64,000 bases of DNA from Dehalococcoidia bacterium (GCA_965197645.1 OZ240219.1:2144001-2208000); one strand, 5' to 3'. Counted from the stretch's first letter, positions 28,269-38,497 are shown. Notes: a model not told the origin generated them from the sequence alone. Numbers and translations: made by a program.

Positions 28269-30275
28269 CTAGTCCGTTGCCGGGAAGGGGCCGGCACCGA
28301 ATGCCGGGACCGGGGACTCCCTGATCGTCACGGTCTGTCTTCGAACCGGCCATAGAGCTACGATAGTACCCAGAATCATCACAGGCCCTGCTATCCACAT
28401 CCACATCACCAGGGGAGTTACCATGATCCTGAACCCGGCCGATCCGTCCTCGAAGAACCGGTTGGGGATAATGTACAGGTCTTCTACAGGCGTGGAGTGA
28501 ATCCCTGCTCGGGCTGGCGCGATGCTGAATCTCGGGTAGAAGGACTGCACCGGCTCCAGGGTCGCTATCCTGTCGCCGTCTCTGTAGACGTTCAACGTAG
28601 CCGCCGACTCGGTGTGATCAGATAGCTGGGCGTGCCGGGCATCGACGTACTCGATCTCGTATCCCTCCACCGTTACCCGCTCCCCGAGCGAAAGGATCAC
28701 GTCTCGCTGGGTCCCATAGAAGTACGTCCCGACTACGGCCAGGGCTATCAGCACCACCGATAGATGTACTACGTATCCCCCATACCTTGGGGGGTTGGCC
28801 GCGATCAACCTGCCGAAGGCCAGCGGATAGGACTCTCCCTTCCGATGCCGGGCCCTGGTGCCCCGCAGCCACTCCCGACCCGCACCCACGGCGACTATGG
28901 TCGCCAGACCGAAGGCCAACAGCGGGAACGGACTGGTTACACCTAGAATCAGCAGCAGCACCGCCACGCCGGCCGCGAGGGCAAGAGGAAGAAGGATAGA
29001 CCTCCTGAGCTGACTGATAGAGGCGTGGCGCCACGGCAGCAGGGGCCCGATTCCCATCATGAAGACCAGGGCCAGGAATATCGGGCCGTTCACCTGGTTA
29101 TAGAAGGGCTCGCCCACGGTGATAGTTACGTCCGTGACCAGCTCTGAGAGGATCGGAAATATCTGGCCCCATATGATGACGAAGGCCATCCCCAGGAAAA
29201 GCACATTGTTCACCAGGAAGGCGGCCTCTCTCGACAGCTTCGATTCCAGGCTCTGGGCGTTCCGCAGGCGGCCCATGCGATGGAACAACACCCCGAAGGC
29301 GAATAGCACCGATACGGCCATGAATCCGAGAAACACCCACCCGAGTATCGATTGAGCGAAGGAGTGAACCGAAGGTGTCGGTCCCCCTCGATTTATGAAC
29401 ATGCCCAGCAGGGCGCAGGTGAAGGCCAGATTGATCAACACTATGTTCCATACCCGAAACATCCCCCTCCTCTTCTGCACCATTACCGAGTGGATGAACG
29501 CCGTCATCACCAGCCAGGGCATGAAACCGGCGTTCTCCACTGGGTCCCAGGCCCAGAATCCGCCCCAACCCAGGATGGTGTAGGCCCACCAGCCTCCCAG
29601 CAGCAGCCCGGTGCCCAGTATCCCCCACGCCACCAGGGACCAGGAGCGGGCCGTATCGACCCAGTCGTCACCTGTTCGTCCCGCCATCAGGTGGCCCATG
29701 GCAAAGGCGAAGGGCACGGTTACGGTGATCAGCCCGGTCATCAGGAGCGGTGGGTGAACGAACATGCCAGGGTGCGTCAGCAACGGATTGATCCCACGGC
29801 CATCCACCGGCGTCACGGAGGTGGTCTCGAAGGGATTGGCCAGGAAGCACAGCACGAACAGGAAGAAGCCCAGCACGGTCATAAGCACGGCGTTGGTGTA
29901 GGCAAGGCTGGTCCTCGAGAGCTTTGGCGCCAGGGCAACGGATACCGCGGCCGCAATGGAGAGCACGGCGGCGAGGAACAGTATCGACCCATCGTTGCCG
30001 GCGTAGAAAGCCACCCACGCGTAGGCCTTCGCCATGGCCAGGCTGCTGTTCTCGGCGACGTAGCGTACCTGGAAATCCCTGGAGACGAATGCGCTCACCA
30101 GGCTCATGACGGATATCAGCAGGATGAGGGGGGTCAAATAGTTGGCGTACCTTGCGCTGGTCATCAGCTCCGGCATACCCTTGCGAACGCCTATGAACGA
30201 GGCCCCCACCGAGTAAACGGCCAGGACCAGCCCGATCAGCAGAGACAGTGTGCCCAACTCAGACACCGGCCTCAC
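28269..30275 (-). CDS. ccmF: Cytochrome c heme lyase CcmF
   Basis: GINPLL.HPGMFVHPP, WGGFWAWDPVEN, HSVMVQ, SVHSFA. Confidence 0.95.
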   Translation of the reverse strand: MRPVSELGTLSLLIGLVLAVYSVGASFIGVRKGMPELMTSARYANYLTPLILLISVMSLVSAFVSRDFQVRYVAENSSLAMAKAYAWVAFYAGNDGSILFLAAVLSIAAAVSVALAPKLSRTSLAYTNAVLMTVLGFFLFVLCFLANPFETTSVTPVDGRGINPLLTHPGMFVHPPLLMTGLITVTVPFAFAMGHLMAGRTGDDWVDTARSWSLVAWGILGTGLLLGGWWAYTILGWGGFWAWDPVENAGFMPWLVMTAFIHSVMVQKRRGMFRVWNIVLINLAFTCALLGMFINRGGPTPSVHSFAQSILGWVFLGFMAVSVLFAFGVLFHRMGRLRNAQSLESKLSREAAFLVNNVLFLGMAFVIIWGQIFPILSELVTDVTITVGEPFYNQVNGPIFLALVFMMGIGPLLPWRHASISQLRRSILLPLALAAGVAVLLLILGVTSPFPLLAFGLATIVAVGAGREWLRGTRARHRKGESYPLAFGRLIAANPPRYGGYVVHLSVVLIALAVVGTYFYGTQRDVILSLGERVTVEGYEIEYVDARHAQLSDHTESAATLNVYRDGDRIATLEPVQSFYPRFSIAPARAGIHSTPVEDLYIIPNRFFEDGSAGFRIMVTPLVMWMWIAGPVMILGTIVALWPVRRQTVTIRESPVPAFGAGPFPATD

Positions 30276-30837
30276 CCTTCATGCCGGCCTTCCCGTCCTT
30301 TCCGGCAATGGACGCCTCGAAAGCCTGGAACTCGGCGTCTATCTCATCCAGGTAAGGGTCTATCTCCTCGGTGGGAACGCCCGCTGCTTCCGGTTTCCCG
30401 CGTTTCGGCGCCAGGTGACTGGTGGCGGCCCAGAACAGCACGGCGCCTCCGACGAGGGCAACGGGGGGGACCACCCATACCAGCAGGTTGAACCCCTCGG
30501 CCGGCGGCTCGGCTAGGACGCTTCTCCCGTACTTATCGACGAAATAGTCAAGGATCTGCTGTTCGGTTTCGCCGGCATCGAGTTTCGACCGGACAAGGCG
30601 CCTCATCTGGAGGGCTATCTCGGCCTGTGACTGATCGATGGTCTCCGCCGGGCAGACGGGACACATAAGCTGGCTGTCCAGGCTCTGGGACCGTTCCTCG
30701 AGGGTTGGCGAGTCGGCAGCGCAGCCCAGTACGATGAGCAGGACGCAAATGGGAATCAGGACTATCGCTGCTTTGGAAGCTCGCCGTGAACCGCTGGGCC
30801 CTTCCACCGCTCCCCTTCTTCCCGGGTAAGGGGCCAT
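30259..30837 (-). CDS. ccmH: Cytochrome c biogenesis protein CcmH
   Basis: LMCPVC..ETIDQS, YFVDKYG.SVLAEPP..GFNLLVW. Confidence 0.9.
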   Translation of the reverse strand: MAPYPGRRGAVEGPSGSRRASKAAIVLIPICVLLIVLGCAADSPTLEERSQSLDSQLMCPVCPAETIDQSQAEIALQMRRLVRSKLDAGETEQQILDYFVDKYGRSVLAEPPAEGFNLLVWVVPPVALVGGAVLFWAATSHLAPKRGKPEAAGVPTEEIDPYLDEIDAEFQAFEASIAGKDGKAGMKGEAGV

Positions 30838-30842
30838 GTAAG

Positions 30843-31451
30843 CTACTGGTTGGCCTGGTCTGACAGATAGCGCAGATAGTGGATAACCGTCCAGCGCTCC
30901 TCTTGGGTCAAGAGATTACGCCAAGCCGGCATGTTGCCGAGGCCGTCGGAGATGAACCAGAATGCCAGGCTATCGGTTGGGGAGAGGGCTATGGAGCCTG
31001 CCTCGGCGAAGTTGGCGGGAGTCTTCACCTCCAACGAGGCGAAGGTGTCCGAGACGTAGCTCTGTCCGCTGCCATCGAGGCCGTGACACATGGCGCAGTT
31101 GTTCACGAAGATCTTCTTACCGGCCTCCAGGGTCTCGGCATTGTTGGGGACCGGGTTGGAGAGAACCAGCGCCTCGGTCTGGGTTGCCGGTTCGCGGGGG
31201 CTCAGCGGAAGGGAGACATCCGTCAGCTCCTGTCCCTTCTCGGCGCCTATGGTGAAGGGGGCGGATCCCTCGGCGGGGCCCAGCCTCGGCGGTTCCTGGG
31301 ACTTGTAGGACTGGTGGTAGTGCATCTCGGTGAACACGTCCACCGGATACGCTCCCGTGGAGCACGCCATCGCCACGAGGGCAATGGCCGAGACGGCCAG
31401 AAGCAACAGGGCCCGCCTTTTCAAGACTCTATTTCTAATGATGGCAGACAT
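30843..31451 (-). CDS. actE: Monoheme cytochrome c lipoprotein, ACIII ActE-like
   Basis: Lipobox AMAC, EMHYHQSYKSQE, CAMCH, distal Met in GNMP. Confidence 0.8.
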   Translation of the reverse strand: MSAIIRNRVLKRRALLLLAVSAIALVAMACSTGAYPVDVFTEMHYHQSYKSQEPPRLGPAEGSAPFTIGAEKGQELTDVSLPLSPREPATQTEALVLSNPVPNNAETLEAGKKIFVNNCAMCHGLDGSGQSYVSDTFASLEVKTPANFAEAGSIALSPTDSLAFWFISDGLGNMPAWRNLLTQEERWTVIHYLRYLSDQANQ

Positions 31452-31457
31452 CTATGC

Positions 31458-31985
31458 TCAGTCCGGTTCCCCCTCCTTGATCTCTTCGGCCCCCGCCTGC
31501 CGCAACGCCTCTTCGGCTGCTCCGGCTTTATCCTCGGTGGTAGTTACAACTATCCCTATGTAGCCTTCCGTTATCCGTTCGTCATACAGGCCCACACCTG
31601 CCCTGGGCAGCCTGGATTCGAAAATAATCCCCAGCACCGTGAAGATTATCGCCCCCAGCATGGTGCCTTCGTAGGTGATGATGGCCATGGGGGGAATGGC
31701 TAAGACGGGCTTTCCGCCGGTTACCAGCGGATAGGAGACCTGGGTGGCTGTGGTTAGCAGAATGGCGACGGTAAAGCCGATGACGGCCCCTATGAAGGGG
31801 AAGACGTAAAGTCGGTGCTTGGATGGCTTCTCTCCAAAGGCCCCTTCGGGATAGGGTGTCCCCGAGAGTATCTCGAACTCTTTGTCATCGAAATCGCGAT
31901 CCTGTAGCCCCTCGACGGCGTTGGCAGCGTCGTCCGCCGTGGCGAAGAGGCCCAGTAGAATGCGTTTCGGTATAAAGGTGGTCAT
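31458..31985 (-). CDS. actD: ACIII subunit ActD (DUF3341)
   Basis: TPYP, YPLVTGGKP, ITYE.TML, two TM helices. Confidence 0.85.
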   Translation of the reverse strand: MTTFIPKRILLGLFATADDAANAVEGLQDRDFDDKEFEILSGTPYPEGAFGEKPSKHRLYVFPFIGAVIGFTVAILLTTATQVSYPLVTGGKPVLAIPPMAIITYEGTMLGAIIFTVLGIIFESRLPRAGVGLYDERITEGYIGIVVTTTEDKAGAAEEALRQAGAEEIKEGEPD

Positions 31986-31995
31986 GGGTCTAACC

Positions 31996-33372
31996 TCATT
32001 CTTCCCTCACGATACCCTGTACCGTTCTTCGGCCAATTCTCTTTTCGGCCCTTAAGACCTTTCCTTCCTTCTGATCGAATATCGGTATGAGTGGGAACAC
32101 CTTCGAAAACAGCAGCACCATCATCGTCACGAATGCGAAGGAGCCTATCACCAGCAGTATTTCGATTATGCTGGGCCTGTAGGTGCCCCAGGAGAAGGTG
32201 AACTCCTGTTTCCGGGCCAACCCCGGCACGATGATCAGCAGCCGCTCCAGCCACATCCCCACGTTGACCAGGACCGAGGTTATCAACATCATCCAGATGT
32301 TTCTCCGCACGCTGCGGAATAGCCACATAGGCACGGGTATGAAGAAGGCCGTGATTGCGAACACAATGAACAGGAAGTTCCATGGCCATTCGAAGAAGAG
32401 CAGGTTTCTGTAGGCTAGCTCTGCGCTCTCCATACTGTAGATGCTGAACAGGACTTCCAACAGGAAGAAGAAGAACCAGGTGGTGCCTACAATCACCAGC
32501 AGCTTGCCGAGAGCGTCGAAGTGCTCCGGGCGTATATAGTTTTCCCACTTGAAGCACCAGCGCAGCAGCACCATCATCGTGACCACCGCCGACACACCCG
32601 AGTGGACCGCTCCGATAACGAAGTAGGGGGCGAAGATGGTGGAGTGCCAGCTTGACACAGCCATCGCCATGCCGAAGTCCCATGACACTATGCTGTGCAC
32701 CGAGACGAAGACGGGCAGTATCAGCGCCGATAGCAGTATTCCAGCTATGGCCTGGAACCTCCACTGTCGAGGCGTTCCCCTCCAGCCCAGCGATAGCACA
32801 CCGAATATCTCCTTCTTAATGCCCGTGCTCCGGTCCCGTATCACTGCGAAGTCCGGGACCAGGGCTATGAATACGAACAGCGATGCTCCGGTCAGGTAGG
32901 TGAAGATGGCGCTGGGGTCCCATATCAGGGGGGACCTTACGTTGGGCCATATACCCCGGGCGAAGTCGTAGGGGAAAACCCAGTAGAAGATTCGCCACGG
33001 CCTTCCGGTGTGCATCAGGGGGAAGAGAGCGGCAGTCATCAGCGAAAAGACCGTAAGCACCTCTGCTGCCCTGGTGACCGGTCTTCGCCACTCAGCCTGG
33101 CTCAACCGCAGGATCGATGAGATCATCACCCCGGCGTGGCTGATGCCGACCCAGAAAACGAAGTTGGTTATGAAGAACCCCCACATGACTGGTCGGTTCA
33201 GACCGGTCACGCCGATGCCTTGGTTGACCATGTAGCCGAATGCGCCTCCGGCGGTCGCAACCATCAAAGCACACATGAGTACGACGACAAACCACCACCT
33301 GGGGTGCTTTTCAGTGCCAACCAGAAGCTCATCGTTCATCTGAGCGTCGGTTAGCTGTACTCGTTCTTGCAT
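31996..33372 (-). CDS. actC: ACIII quinol-binding NrfD-family subunit ActC
   Basis: WGFFITNFVFWVGISHAG, RAAEVLT, HTGRPW, RSPLIWD, SVHSIVSWDF, WHSTIFAPYFV.GA. Confidence 0.9.
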   Translation of the reverse strand: MQERVQLTDAQMNDELLVGTEKHPRWWFVVVLMCALMVATAGGAFGYMVNQGIGVTGLNRPVMWGFFITNFVFWVGISHAGVMISSILRLSQAEWRRPVTRAAEVLTVFSLMTAALFPLMHTGRPWRIFYWVFPYDFARGIWPNVRSPLIWDPSAIFTYLTGASLFVFIALVPDFAVIRDRSTGIKKEIFGVLSLGWRGTPRQWRFQAIAGILLSALILPVFVSVHSIVSWDFGMAMAVSSWHSTIFAPYFVIGAVHSGVSAVVTMMVLLRWCFKWENYIRPEHFDALGKLLVIVGTTWFFFFLLEVLFSIYSMESAELAYRNLLFFEWPWNFLFIVFAITAFFIPVPMWLFRSVRRNIWMMLITSVLVNVGMWLERLLIIVPGLARKQEFTFSWGTYRPSIIEILLVIGSFAFVTMMVLLFSKVFPLIPIFDQKEGKVLRAEKRIGRRTVQGIVREE

Positions 33373-33404
33373 TCAGTATCTCCGGTATCGCTTAGCGGCT
33401 ACTG

Positions 33405-34820
33405 TCACTCAGGCTTTGCCAGTACCAGGTATTTCTTGCGCAGGACGGTCCTCACCGTGGTCAGGAGGTGCCCCTCCTTGACCTCCCACATCGAGAGGAC
33501 CGGGATTATCTTGCTGACCACCAGGAACACGAAGAAGGGTATGGCGAGGCCGCCGATAATGATGAGGTAGTCTGGGCCTTCGGGCCAGTTGGTCTGGAAG
33601 TAGTGAGGCACATCGAATCCCGTCGTCGGCCGTACTTCTCCAAAGGTGTGGTGGCTGGCTATCTCCGCATCGGTGAAGGAGAAGGTGGCCACGTACAGGC
33701 GGATCTTGTCGAAGAAAGCTCCTACGAGAATCACCGCCGATGCTATGGCCGGTCCCTTGACGCTCCGGCGTACCGAGTTCCACATCAGGATCAGGAAGGG
33801 AACGGCAAAGCTGAGGAAGATTCCCAGGTAGAAGGCCACCCTGTAGGGACCGATCATCAGCAGCTGGAGTATGTTCTGCTCTTCCGGCTTACGGCCGTAC
33901 CAGAAGGTGACGAACCCTGCGAACCAGAAGTAGAACCACAGCAGGGTGAGAGCGATAAGTATCTTGCTCAGCGCCCAGAACTGCTCCATGAAGATATATT
34001 TATCGTAGCCGCCCAGGTATCGGACCAGAATGAGGGTCACCAGCACCGTGGCGATACCGGTCTGAAGCCCGGTCAAGGCCTGGAAGGCTGGGAATATGGC
34101 GTCCAGCCAGCCGGGCACCAGGCTCATACCGAACTCGGAAGAGACCACGAAATGGGCGTAAATCAGCAACAGGAAGTAGAGTCCGCCCAGCATACCCTGG
34201 CCCGCTTTCAACACGGGCCACTGGTGGGGCGTGCCCTTCCATCCGGTTGACATAAGTCGTGCTATGCGGCCCCTGATGCCCGTGGTCTTCTTCGACATCG
34301 TGGCCATATCGGGAATGGAGGAGACCCACAGCAACGCCAGTCCACACAATACCAGGAATCCCATTGCCAGCAGGTCCAGGAGCTTGGGAGCTCCCCACGG
34401 CCATTCGAACCAGATGGTCCGCCGGCCCTCGAGGGGTGGCAGGGTCCATAGCAGCGGAATGAACATCAGGAAGTTGACCACGCCCACAGCAGCGAACAAC
34501 TCCGATATCCTGGCCAGGGGACGGCGCCAGTGGGTCTTGGCCATCCTCATTGTGATGGATACCAGCAGGGCGCTCTGGGTGGTGGTGAACAGGAAGACGT
34601 AGATAGCGGCGTAGTAGCCCCAGTTGGTCCTGTCCCCGAAGCCGTCCAGGGCTTTGATGATAAAGCCGACGACTCCCAGGGCCACCAGGATGCCAAAGAT
34701 CCCAACCGCCGTCCTGTAGGCAGAGCCTACAGAGAGGGTGCGGCTGATGACATCCTCGTTGACCTCCCCGTCGGTGGGAGGGGTTTCGAGGTATTGGGAC
34801 TCGTGCTCCTCGCTAGCCAT
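33405..34820 (-). CDS. Second NrfD-family subunit, ActF-like paralog lacking the ActC motifs
   Basis: WRRPLARISE, SSEFGMSLVPGW, WFYFWF; no GISHAG or HTGRP. Confidence 0.75.
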   Translation of the reverse strand: MASEEHESQYLETPPTDGEVNEDVISRTLSVGSAYRTAVGIFGILVALGVVGFIIKALDGFGDRTNWGYYAAIYVFLFTTTQSALLVSITMRMAKTHWRRPLARISELFAAVGVVNFLMFIPLLWTLPPLEGRRTIWFEWPWGAPKLLDLLAMGFLVLCGLALLWVSSIPDMATMSKKTTGIRGRIARLMSTGWKGTPHQWPVLKAGQGMLGGLYFLLLIYAHFVVSSEFGMSLVPGWLDAIFPAFQALTGLQTGIATVLVTLILVRYLGGYDKYIFMEQFWALSKILIALTLLWFYFWFAGFVTFWYGRKPEEQNILQLLMIGPYRVAFYLGIFLSFAVPFLILMWNSVRRSVKGPAIASAVILVGAFFDKIRLYVATFSFTDAEIASHHTFGEVRPTTGFDVPHYFQTNWPEGPDYLIIIGGLAIPFFVFLVVSKIIPVLSMWEVKEGHLLTTVRTVLRKKYLVLAKPE

Positions 34821-35523
34821 GCGCCTCGACTTTCTTCAGATATACCACGTTGGGTTCCGTGCCCAGCTTCTCGAGCAGCTTGTAGTGCCGATCATCCTTG
34901 GCCAGTTTGGCCACTTTGCTCTTCTTATCGTTGATATCCCCGAAGACCAGAGCGTCGGTGGGGCAGGTCTGGACACAGGCGGGCTGAAGCTCGCCGTCCT
35001 CCAGGTCCCGGCCGTCCTTCTCTATCTCCTGCTCCTTCCGCCTGATCCTCTGCACGCAGAAGGTGCATTTCTCCATGATTCCCCGGGTTCGGACAGTGAC
35101 GTCCGGGTTCAACTGGTTCTCCAGCGAGTCGGGCCACTCGGGCTCCCAGAAATTGAAGAAGCGGACGTTGTACGGATCGTTGTTGGCGCAGTAACGGGTA
35201 CCCACGCAGCGGTTGTAGACCTGTACGTTAAGCCCCTCGTTGTTGTGGTAGGTGGCGTAGACGGGGCAGACCGGTTCGCACGGGGCATTATCGCACTGCT
35301 GACACATGATCGGCAGGAACCTCGCCTTGACGTTGGGGAACTCGCCCTCCCAGTAGCGTTCAATCCGTATCCACTCTATGGCCCGCCGCTGGTGGAAGTG
35401 GTCTTCGTCGTTGATCGGGATGTTGTTCTCCGCTTGGCATGCCACTACGCAGGCCTGGCAGCCGGTACAGCGGTCGTTGTCCACCACCATCGTCCATTTG
35501 CGATTATCTTCCTGCTTGGACAA
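34813..35523 (-). CDS. ACIII ActB2/QrcC-like Fe-S subunit
   Basis: CTGCQACVVAC.AENN, CQQCDNAPCEPVCP, YNRCVGTRYC, RGIMEKCTFC. Confidence 0.9.
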   Translation of the reverse strand: MSKQEDNRKWTMVVDNDRCTGCQACVVACQAENNIPINDEDHFHQRRAIEWIRIERYWEGEFPNVKARFLPIMCQQCDNAPCEPVCPVYATYHNNEGLNVQVYNRCVGTRYCANNDPYNVRFFNFWEPEWPDSLENQLNPDVTVRTRGIMEKCTFCVQRIRRKEQEIEKDGRDLEDGELQPACVQTCPTDALVFGDINDKKSKVAKLAKDDRHYKLLEKLGTEPNVVYLKKVEAHG

Positions 35524-35534
35524 ATCAGTCCTCC

Positions 35535-37787
35535 TCAGTGGCTCTCGCCTGACCCGCCGTTACTCTCTTGGATTTGTATCAGATCGGTTTCCGGCGCCGG
35601 CAGGGCGACCACCGTACCCTCGAACTTGGGCAGGGTTCTCTCTTTGCTCGTCTTCGTTACCCGGACCTTGGTCGCATTCCAGGCCAGTGTCCCCGTGTGT
35701 ACGTCTACGAAGGGGGCGAGAATGGATATTGGGTTGGTGCCCCTATTCTCGGCGTAGCGGCCCATGCCTTGGTGTCCCTGTCCCACCGGCATGCTGACGG
35801 TACCCGGGGGGCTCCCCGGGTTCACGTAGGCCGGCGCCTCCAACGAGCCGTGTAAAGAGCGGATTTCTACTATATCGTTGGTCTTGACGGACAGCCGTTC
35901 CGCGTCGGCCATGCTGAGGTCCACCCACGTATCCCATACCACGGTGGTAATCGGGTCTGGGGTGGCCTGCAGCCAGGGCAGGCTGGCACCGCGACCGTCA
36001 GTCAATGCCAAGCTCTGGTAAAGGACCAGGTTGAACTCCTTATCTCCGGGGGCGCTCTCGAACGCCGGGCTTATCGCCTTCTGGGGCAGCTCGGCGAGAT
36101 TGACCTCTTTGCTCGGCTTGGAGTCCAGATCGTACCAGACGCCCCTCCGAAGCAACCCAAGCCAGAAGGTCTCGAAGTCTCCGGACTGGACAGAGCCTCT
36201 ATTCAACGCCTGGAGCTCCCTGGCTCCCTCTCGCAACGCATCCTTGAACGTGTTCCAGGGCAGCGCCGATGCCGCCCGCCCGCCCAGCTGCTTTGCAACC
36301 GCTATCAACTCGTCCCCAAAGGCGCTGGTGTTATAGAACTGCTTCACAGCCGGCTGTTGGTAGCTGACTGTTTCGTAGCCGGGGCCCGGTTCGGGGACGT
36401 CGTCGCCCCAGGACTCCAGGTAGGTGTGGTCCGGCATTATCAGGTCTGCCTGGGCCGTGGTCTCATCCATGAAACTGGAGAAGCTGGCGATGAATTCTAC
36501 GTTGGAAAGCGCATCCGGAAGCCCGACTTTGGCGGGTAGTCCGTAGACCGGGTTTGCTCCCCGGACCATCATCAGCTTGATATTGCCGTCCCTCATCCCG
36601 TCGACGATCCCCTGCCAGTCTTTGAACGTCGTGGGCGGTGGTTTGTCCATTCCAGACAACGGAGGCTCGGGATTGAAGTACATCCCACCCTTCTTGCCTA
36701 CGCTTCCAACCAGGGTGTTCAGGGCGTAAATCGCCATCAGGTTGAAGGTGCCGTTGGTATGGGCCGCCGCCGAGTTGCCGCCGATGGCGAGGCTGGGTTG
36801 GTTATGGGCGAAATCGCGGGCCAAACTCACGATCTTGGACGAACTGACGCCGATCTCATCGGCTACGGTGTTAGGATCGAAGGCCTGCAGCCGCTCGACC
36901 CCTTCGCCTTTGGTCATTGCACTTGCAGCCGCCGAATCGCCCAGTCCTTCATCCACGATGACGTGAGCCATGCTCAGTGCCAGGAGTCCCTCCATGCCGG
37001 GATTTACGTACACCCACTCGTCAGCGTTGGCCGCCGTCATGGAGAACCGGCTGTCCACCGCTACTATGGACGGGTCACCGTCCTTACCCTGCTGCATGGC
37101 GCCGTAGCCCCTGTTGTAGCGCACCGTAGAGAGCCAGGTCTCCAGCATGTCCGCTCCGAAGGACAGAAGGTATCTGGTGTTTTCCAGATCGAACTCGGGC
37201 AGGCGTTCCTCGTTGTAAAGCTCCTTCATCGCCCCCCGGAGGTTGGTGGTCCGCTCCATAGTCTCGTAGGCAGCGTATCGAGAGCCCACGCCGTCGGCGA
37301 ACCGTCTGGCTACTTTGGCCAGCTGACCCCGTAACGGCTCGGTGACCAGGAGCATCTGGCCTCGGGCGAACCGTCCTATCTGAGCGGCCAGATCCCGTCG
37401 GGCCTGGTCCCACGAGATATCTTCGTATTCGCCCGAACCCCTGGCTCCAACGAGGCGCTTCGGCCCGTTTATCCGGTCGGGATGATACAGCGCCTGAAGT
37501 CCGGCATGGCCTCGCACGCAGAGCTTGCCGCGGCTTATGGGATGGTTGGGGTTGCCCTCGATCTTCTTGGCCCGGCCCTCCATGACGCGGGTTACGATGC
37601 CGCATCCGGCAGGGCACTGGCCGCAGGTGCTGGCGTACCAATTGTCGGTGCCGCTGACCAAGTCTTCGGGCAACTCGACCGGGCTCTGTACCAGTATCTC
37701 CCTGTCCGCGAAGCCGCACGCCTTGAAGATCACCGCCCCGAGGGAGGAGATTCCGGCCAACTTTAGAAACTGTCGTCGCGAAGGCAC
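35535..37787 (-). CDS. Tat-exported molybdopterin-oxidoreductase-fold subunit, ActB1/QrcB-like
   Basis: SRRQFLK Tat signal with lipobox-like Cys, CGQCPAGC..LC, KIEGNPNHP, HTYLESWGD, PWLQ.TPDPIT..WD. Confidence 0.85.
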   Translation of the reverse strand: MPSRRQFLKLAGISSLGAVIFKACGFADREILVQSPVELPEDLVSGTDNWYASTCGQCPAGCGIVTRVMEGRAKKIEGNPNHPISRGKLCVRGHAGLQALYHPDRINGPKRLVGARGSGEYEDISWDQARRDLAAQIGRFARGQMLLVTEPLRGQLAKVARRFADGVGSRYAAYETMERTTNLRGAMKELYNEERLPEFDLENTRYLLSFGADMLETWLSTVRYNRGYGAMQQGKDGDPSIVAVDSRFSMTAANADEWVYVNPGMEGLLALSMAHVIVDEGLGDSAAASAMTKGEGVERLQAFDPNTVADEIGVSSSKIVSLARDFAHNQPSLAIGGNSAAAHTNGTFNLMAIYALNTLVGSVGKKGGMYFNPEPPLSGMDKPPPTTFKDWQGIVDGMRDGNIKLMMVRGANPVYGLPAKVGLPDALSNVEFIASFSSFMDETTAQADLIMPDHTYLESWGDDVPEPGPGYETVSYQQPAVKQFYNTSAFGDELIAVAKQLGGRAASALPWNTFKDALREGARELQALNRGSVQSGDFETFWLGLLRRGVWYDLDSKPSKEVNLAELPQKAISPAFESAPGDKEFNLVLYQSLALTDGRGASLPWLQATPDPITTVVWDTWVDLSMADAERLSVKTNDIVEIRSLHGSLEAPAYVNPGSPPGTVSMPVGQGHQGMGRYAENRGTNPISILAPFVDVHTGTLAWNATKVRVTKTSKERTLPKFEGTVVALPAPETDLIQIQESNGGSGESH

Positions 37788-37823
37788 TCTATTTTCCCGT
37801 TACAACTAGTCCGTAGCTAAACG

Positions 37824-37854
37824 CTCGACATAACTGATGTTTTCTCGACATAAC
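37824..37854. repeat. Perfect 11-bp direct repeat CTCGACATAAC x2
   Basis: Copies at 37824-37834 and 37844-37854 in the actA/actB1 gap. Confidence 0.75.
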
Positions 37855-37862
37855 AATCATGA

Positions 37863-38423
37863 TTAGTAGTGGCAGACCACGCAGTCCGTAGGTGCATTGT
37901 TGGCCCTATGACAGTCCACGCAGTCGCCCATCTTGAGGTCTCTAACCTGCTCTACCACGGCCATCCCTCCCACGTCGCCATGACACTCGGAACACGGGAT
38001 TCCGGCCGTAATGTGGGGCTGGTGTGTAAATTGCACGTGATCGGGAAGCCTGTGCACCCGCTTCCAGTCCACCGGAGTCCCGGTATCGAAGAAGTTGCGC
38101 AGCTTGGCCAACTCGGGGCTCTCCGCCCTTATGAAATCGCCGTCCCCCAGGTCCTTGTGGCAGAACAGGCACTGCTCCAGGGCGGGTATGGAAGCTGCTT
38201 CCTGGTCCTCGACGGTACGGTGGCAGAAGGTGCACTCTATCCCTACTGTTTCCACGTGGGTAGCGTGGGAGAAGGCTATAGGCTGCGTGGGACCTTCCCC
38301 CATACCGAACACCTGGAATGGCGTGGTGAACACCGCTCTAACGAAGAATACGGCGGCTAGAACGAGGACTACAGTAACACAAAGGCCAAAGAGGGGAGCG
38401 GTTATTTTGACGATTGTCGGCAT
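37863..38423 (-). CDS. actA: Pentaheme cytochrome c, ACIII ActA/QrcA-like
   Basis: N-terminal TM, PTQPIAFSH..H, five CxxCH motifs, W.RVHRLPDHV.F.H. Confidence 0.9.
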   Translation of the reverse strand: MPTIVKITAPLFGLCVTVVLVLAAVFFVRAVFTTPFQVFGMGEGPTQPIAFSHATHVETVGIECTFCHRTVEDQEAASIPALEQCLFCHKDLGDGDFIRAESPELAKLRNFFDTGTPVDWKRVHRLPDHVQFTHQPHITAGIPCSECHGDVGGMAVVEQVRDLKMGDCVDCHRANNAPTDCVVCHY

Positions 38424-38497
38424 CTGCTACTGATGAGTTGAGATCTGGATGCTATCCGACTCCTGCAAGCTCATCCCACATGGACCTGGTCTCTCGC

